Part shown: positions 58,222 through 64,000 of the stretch, piece by piece | How positions within the stretch are numbered: position 1 is the stretch's first letter | How the letters are laid out: the number at the start of each line of letters is the position of its first letter | NCBI GenBank assembly: GCA_009914755.4 | Contig: CP068257.2 | Coordinates: 12,064,001 to 12,128,000 of the forward strand | Source of the DNA: the human T2T-CHM13v2.0 reference genome, Homo sapiens | Reading direction: 5' to 3' | Length of the DNA: 64,000 bases | The notes under the pieces: generated by a model | What the model was told of the DNA's origin: nothing | The model's database searches: none | Seen by the model: the letters and a program-made list of their open reading frames with translations, nothing else | Program-made: the position numbers and the translations under genes

Positions 58222-61200
58222 CTAAAATGAATTTTCTAGATGACTGAATAACAGTAGTCCTTTGATAGGAGATAATGACTTGGTTTATGGCCTTAATACA
58301 CTACTTAATTACTTAAGATGTTTATTAATAGAATGATAAATGTACAGAGTAACCTACAAGCATGACATACTTTTGCTTTCAGTAGTTTCATGTAAAGAAA
58401 AAAACTTGAAAATAGTAATACCTGAGGACCCATGGGAATAACAGACACTGGGGAGGTAGGGTGGGGAGCGGGAACAAGAGCTGAAAAACTACCTACTGGG
58501 GACTCTTCTCACTACCTGGGTGACAGGATCATCCATACCCTAAACCTCAACATCACACAGTACACCCAGCTAACAAACCTGCCCATGTGTTCCCTGAATC
58601 TAAAAAAAAATTGAAATAATTGTTTTAAAAAAGAAAAAGACAATAGTATTACCCATGGGACAAAATTTGTACTATTAGCAAGAATCATTTGTGTCTCATT
58701 TAGAAACAATTTGACTTTTGTTCCAGTGTTTAAACTTTGACAAAAATGGTTTTGAATAGATCTTTATAACCTGATGCCATAAATACAAGATTCTCTGATA
58801 CCTTCATTTAATATATCAATATTGGGCCTAAAAGAGTATTCTATAAAGCTTAAATTGGTATTAACTATGATCATCTTGATGTCTATGATAGATAATAAAC
58901 AAGGTCATACATACCTTACTAAATAATTTTGGTTTTTCACCAACATTTTATCTAAAAGATTTAGACTAACAGAATTATTTAGCATTTCGAGTCATGTGCT
59001 TTATTTAGCAAGTGAGTAAAAATATTGGAATATTGAAGTATTTGCATAAAAAATCAAATGGCAGTGTTTTGTGATCTCTATTGTATTTTCTATTAAGGTT
59101 TCATATATTACTTTCCCATTGTTTCTGAATTTGTTATCCTATATATAAACAGAAACATGGATGAGTACCATAAAAAATAAATAAATAAATATGCCAAACT
59201 CACTCCAATAGCATCCATCATATCATATGTATTATATAAATACATATTTTACCATTATAATTGACAAACCAGCAATTATGAGCTTGATTCTTTGTGGATG
59301 CATTAGGAGAGTGTTTCTTCATAGGATATAATATTTTGTAATTTCTTATTCTTTACTGCTTGCTGCGCTGTAAAACGTTTATAAAATGAGTTCCTTTTGG
59401 GGTGTGAAATGAGCAATCATCAGAGGAAAAGCATTAAGGACAAGAAAGTGGAGTGAGGATCATGAAGCATGTGCATTTCTTTCTCAAGGTCATGGGTAAA
59501 TTTCAGCTCCATGGAAAATCTTGAGAAAGAATCCAGCAAGAATGAGATCATGAAATGTTAGCTTTCCCCAAGTAGAAATTCCATAATTGAACTATAAAAT
59601 TGCTGCTTACAAATTTTTTCTTCTAAATTCCACTTGAAATTAGGGAATTGAAAGGGCCAGGAGGGACCTTGGAATTCATCTAGTCTGAATTCATTATACA
59701 TAGGAAAAGTTAAGCTGAGCCATTCTGCAAGTCACACTAATGTGACATAGAAAATACTAGAACCTAAGGTTCTGAATTACTGTTTCAGGTGTTCATCTGC
59801 TACAACAAACATTTATCAAACACCTAGTAGGTATAAGAGATCATTTAAACCCACCCCAAAGGATACAAAGTTGAGGAAATCACTCTTTGCCTTTGCAGAA
59901 ATCACAATCTATTATCAAAGCATATGATAGAAATTTCAATATCTAAAACACAAGATCCAAAGTGTTGAGTGCCATGAGAATGATATAAGAGTTTAAGAAG
60001 GGAGAGATACAACAAAGTTTGGGCAAGCCAGTATGTTTCTTGAAGGAATAGCACTTAATTTGTGATGTGAAGATAAAATCTCAGTAAAGAAAAATGGGGA
60101 AGAAGATGGTAAGCCTGGCAGAAGGAATATTATTAGCAAGTGCAGGAAAATATACTCTAATCAAAAAGAGCAAGTAGCCTAATGTGACTGGATTTCAATT
60201 TACCTTTACATTTTTCTATCATGTTATTTCATGCCCATAAATTATGGCAATAGTCTAAATGAACTTGAATATCAGACCAAATTGCCTTGTCTTATGTAGT
60301 AACCCACTCAAGTTTCTAAGCAGAAAATAACCTGACCCCCATTCTCTGAGATTTGAGAAAAAATTGTGTATCCTTCATTAAAGTTTGGAATGCATTTTGG
60401 AAGGAAAGAGGAAAACTGAACGAATATGTCCTGACCACGTGTATTACTCATTTGCTCTGAAAGCCATACCCTGCCCCTTTTTCTGCTCAGCTCTGAATGT
60501 TAGTCTGAGACTTAGGTTTAGCTAAGTGAAGGCAGAGGAGCAGGCATCCAAAGGGTGGAAGGGAAGGAGAAGCCAGACTATTTCTTCTCACTCTCTGTAC
60601 TTGAGGTAGCATCTCTTCTCTGGTTTCGGTTCCTGTTGTGCAGTCTTTGCCATGCTTCCAGCCTGGCAGCCTTGGCATTTCCTAAGCAGTTCCTTCTCCA
60701 TGATTCCAGGTCCTACTGAGGCCCCAACTCAGAGAATCCCGTAGTGCCATTGCCTCCCTTTGTGCTCCATTTCTGATATCATAGAGACTTTCTGTTGTTG
60801 CTAACCTCTGGGTGCTTCACATTTCCTTATTAACTTTTTCCACTCTTCCAATATAGGATATTAAAAAGCATATTACTGAAATGTTAAAAAGCATATCTGC
60901 CTTTAGATATAATTAAACAAAGGGCCTCAAACAAAGTCACCATGGACCTGCCTCTTTCTCCCTATTCCTGGACTCTTCTGTGCTCTTTTTGCATTGTCTT
61001 TGCTGTCAGGCTAGTTCTTTCTGCATAATTGGAAAGATGACTGTTGCTTGGCCCAAGTCTACATCCTTATGGCTCATAATCCAAATGAAAAAGAGATTAT
61101 CTATTTTCCAGAAACCCTGTATTAAATCTCAAATTTGAATTTGATTGATTTGCTAGAGGGTAGGGTGATGAAGTTCTCTGGTCCTGGTCATTGGAGAAGG

Positions 61201-63189
61201 GTAAATGTTATTTCAGCCTCATTCAAGTTTTATGGAGCGAGGCATAACATTTACTCAAAAGAAGGGATACTGGGCAAACAACAGTCATCTAATACAGACA
61301 GATGCTGAAAATTATCTATTTGCTCCTCCATATCCACTCTTCATCCTTTTCTAACCTGATTTTGTGCAAAGGAAGCTCACCTCCTTGGCCACTCTCTTCC
61401 TTTGTCCTCTGACTTTACATCAAGTGCAGCCAATGGAGCACATTGCCATGGGATTGGAAAGCAAGAGGAAAGAGCCTTAGTGGGGTTTATTCCACCCCCA
61501 CCTGGCCAAGCAGTGATGTGGCAGTGGCGGTGGCAGCATCCCTCACTGAAGCAGCTCTTGCTGGGTAGTATCTCCCATGTGCAGGTTCCCCAGTGCTCTG
61601 ATAAGAGCTCCTACCTCCCCCATCCCTACAGGACTGATGGTAGGAATGGCCTTCACCACCTCTAGTCCTTGGGTGCGTCATTGCTTCTAGTGGGTTCCTT
61701 AGCTTTGTCCATACCCTGAATGAACTCTTGATTAAACCCTCTTCAGTTATCCTTTTTTTAGCATGCCAACTGATCCAGCCAGGACCTGGTACTTATGGGT
61801 TAAATGATTATTGCCACTTTCTAGCTGACAAAGCCAAGCTTAAACATTTTCAGAAACTTACTAGAGACCACACAATGAGGAGGAGGTGGGTTTGGGACTG
61901 AAATTTTTGTTTATTTGCCTTCAAAATCTGGATCTTAAAAGAACAATTTCTCCCCCTTTGACAGACATAAACCCAACGGCATCTGTGCCATTGTCATGTG
62001 CCTTGTCTGTCTACCTTCTACATACATCCGATTATGATGGGCCAGACAGACAGGGATTTTGGCTTCCTTAGCAAAATTGGCTCTTAAGTTAAAAGGAAAA
62101 ACAAAATAAGATGGAGAATCCCCTCTCCTACATTCACAACTTCATGGCTGATTCCAGTTTGCTTTTTGTTAATATACACATTCCATTTCTTATAGTCTGT
62201 GAGTAAATGGGCCTTTCATAAGCCCATCCAAAGGGTAGCTTACAATTTTCATTCTGTCCCCTCTCCTTGCACTTTTCTTAAAGTGAATGAATTACTAGTT
62301 AATGCCTGAGAGAGTAAAATCCCTGATCCAATTTTTTCACAAAATGTATAGTTTTATGTGGAAGAAAATAGGAGTCTGGAAGATACTCAGCCTCAATGAA
62401 CTTTACTCCTCTGAGGAAGGTTAGCAAGAGGGATAGGAGTCAGGAGAGGCACCCTCATTAGTCACCAGCTCTGATTGTAAACAGTGGGATCATTGCTTTT
62501 AATTCTTTACCATAGAACTTTCTCTGGCACCAGATTCATGTAAGTATAATTCAGAAATGTAAGTGGATAACAGCTTATTGTCCAAGGTTCCCAAGGACCA
62601 AAAAAGAAGGTGCAAAAAATACTTAAAAGTAGCCAAGTAACTCTGACCTGGAGTGCTGAAGTTCATTCCCTTTCTACATCATTTGCATAATATCTCCATA
62701 TCCAAATGGTATCCCAGAATACATGAAGGAATTAGGAAGTCTAAAAAGTTAAATGGAAAATAATAGCATGGGTAAAGTGCAATTAATGCCATAAGCAGGA
62801 AAGGCAAATACACTGATTTAGCTGAGATTTAACACAACTTTGGAATTCAACTTGGCAAAGCAAGAGGGGACATTGGAAAAGCCGTACCTTGCTAAGAGAG
62901 AAAGTAGCTTTCTATTCTGAAGCAGCTATATATGTGCAGTCATAGAAGGCCCAATCCACGAGAGAAATGAGCAGTCTGGTTTATGGGAAGAATCCAATGC
63001 AAGAAGGCATTTACATGTAGCTAAATCACTGATCTTGAGAGGTCAAGGAAGATAGAAACCTTATTTAATGACAAGGTAACAAAAACAGAAATAACACTTT
63101 TTAAATTATTTTTAAAATCTTACTTGTGATGCATACTAATGTCCCAGAGTTGTGTGGGCTTTTCTTCAGAAGTACAGATTCACAAAGGG

Positions 63190-63190
<1 letters not shown>

Positions 63191-63220
<30 letters not shown>

Positions 63221-63517
63221 TTATACTTTAAGTTCTGGGATACATGTGCAGAATGTGCAGGTTTGTTACATAGGTATACAGATGCCATGGTGGTTTGCTG
63301 CACCCGTCAACACATCATCTATGTTAGGTATTTCTCCTAATGCCATCACTCTCCTAGCCCCTCACCCCATAATAGGCCCCACTGTGTGATGTTCCCCTCC
63401 TTCTGTCCATGTGATCTCATTGTTCAGTTCCCACTTGTGAGTGAGAACATGCGATATTTGGTTTTCTGTTCCTGTGTTAGTTTTCTTAGAATGATGGTTT
63501 CCAGCTTCATCCATGAT
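63191..63517 (-). mobile_element. L1 3' end fragment (reverse orientation) with a (TTTA)n-modified tail
   Basis: '(ttta)n ttatactttaagttctgggatacatgtgcagaatgtgcaggtttgttacataggtatacagatgccatggtggtttgctgcacc...ctcattgttcagttcccacttgtgagtgagaacatgcgatatttggttttctgttcctgtgttagttttcttagaatgatggtttccagcttcatccatg' matches the L1PA 3'UTR and terminal ORF2 in reverse complement. Confidence 0.85.
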
Positions 63518-64000
63518 TATTTTGAGAAAAGTTTAGAGTAAAACAAAGGATAGACCAAGGGCCTCTGTGGTCAGAGTTTGTGCTCTGAAAGGGGGACCCT
63601 CTCTCCATGGTGCTAGGCAGTCACAGTGATACACAGATAAAACAGAAATGATCTCCCTGTTTTCTTCAACAAAGTTCCAATTACTCCCAGCATCTTCACA
63701 ATGGGTGAGAATGAACCTCTGTTGAGTGCAACATGCTCCGTGGTTTGTGTTTCTTTACTTTTTTGTTTTGCTGCAAGGTTGCAGGCTCCTTTGTAGTCTA
63801 CAAACACCTTGAGAGCAGGAATGGCCTTTATTCATCATTGTTCTTATTTCTTAGCTCAAGGCCTGGACACATAGCAGGCATTTAATAAAGTGAGTTCTGT
63901 TAACCTCATCTTTAAATGTTGATGTTGTTTTCTTTTCAGGAGAAAAACTTATTTAGGTCACAGACATACACACATACCACATGCATTCACACTCCAGAAA

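Overview
This window is primate (human-like) nuclear DNA, not a prokaryotic locus. Most of it is interspersed repeats: about 20 Alu SINEs on both strands, L1 fragments, MIR and MaLR relics, and two MADE1 MITEs. I found no CRISPR arrays, operons, tRNA or rRNA genes, and no evidence for a new biological system. All identifications below come from reading the sequence and matching it to consensus and protein sequences from memory. No database searches were run, so boundaries are approximate (about 10 bp).

The informative features are:
- A full-length L1PA-type LINE-1 at about 6204-13419 on the + strand. It has a recognisable 5'UTR, ORF1 and ORF2, a 3' poly-A tail and an imperfect target-site duplication. 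ORF2 is split by a nested HERV-K-like solo LTR of about 1.1 kb, which carries its own 6-bp duplication.
- A GC-rich CpG island at about 3600-4560, with a GC box, a (GGC)n tract and candidate splice donors. It looks like a TATA-less promoter and first exon of a transcript I cannot name.
- A processed pseudogene of FEM1A at about 42522-46349 on the + strand. It is flanked by an 11-bp target-site duplication (AAAAGTCTCTA), has an ATTAAA signal and a poly-A tail, and is disabled by a lost start codon, two frameshifts and a premature stop.
- A processed pseudogene of TERF1 at about 56388-57868 on the + strand. It is a copy of the exon-skipped (Pin2) isoform, with a CGA>TGA nonsense change and a frameshifting deletion of about 22 bp.

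The long ORFs in the six-frame track are explained by these two retrocopies, by L1 ORF remnants, or by GC-rich and Alu-derived chance ORFs.
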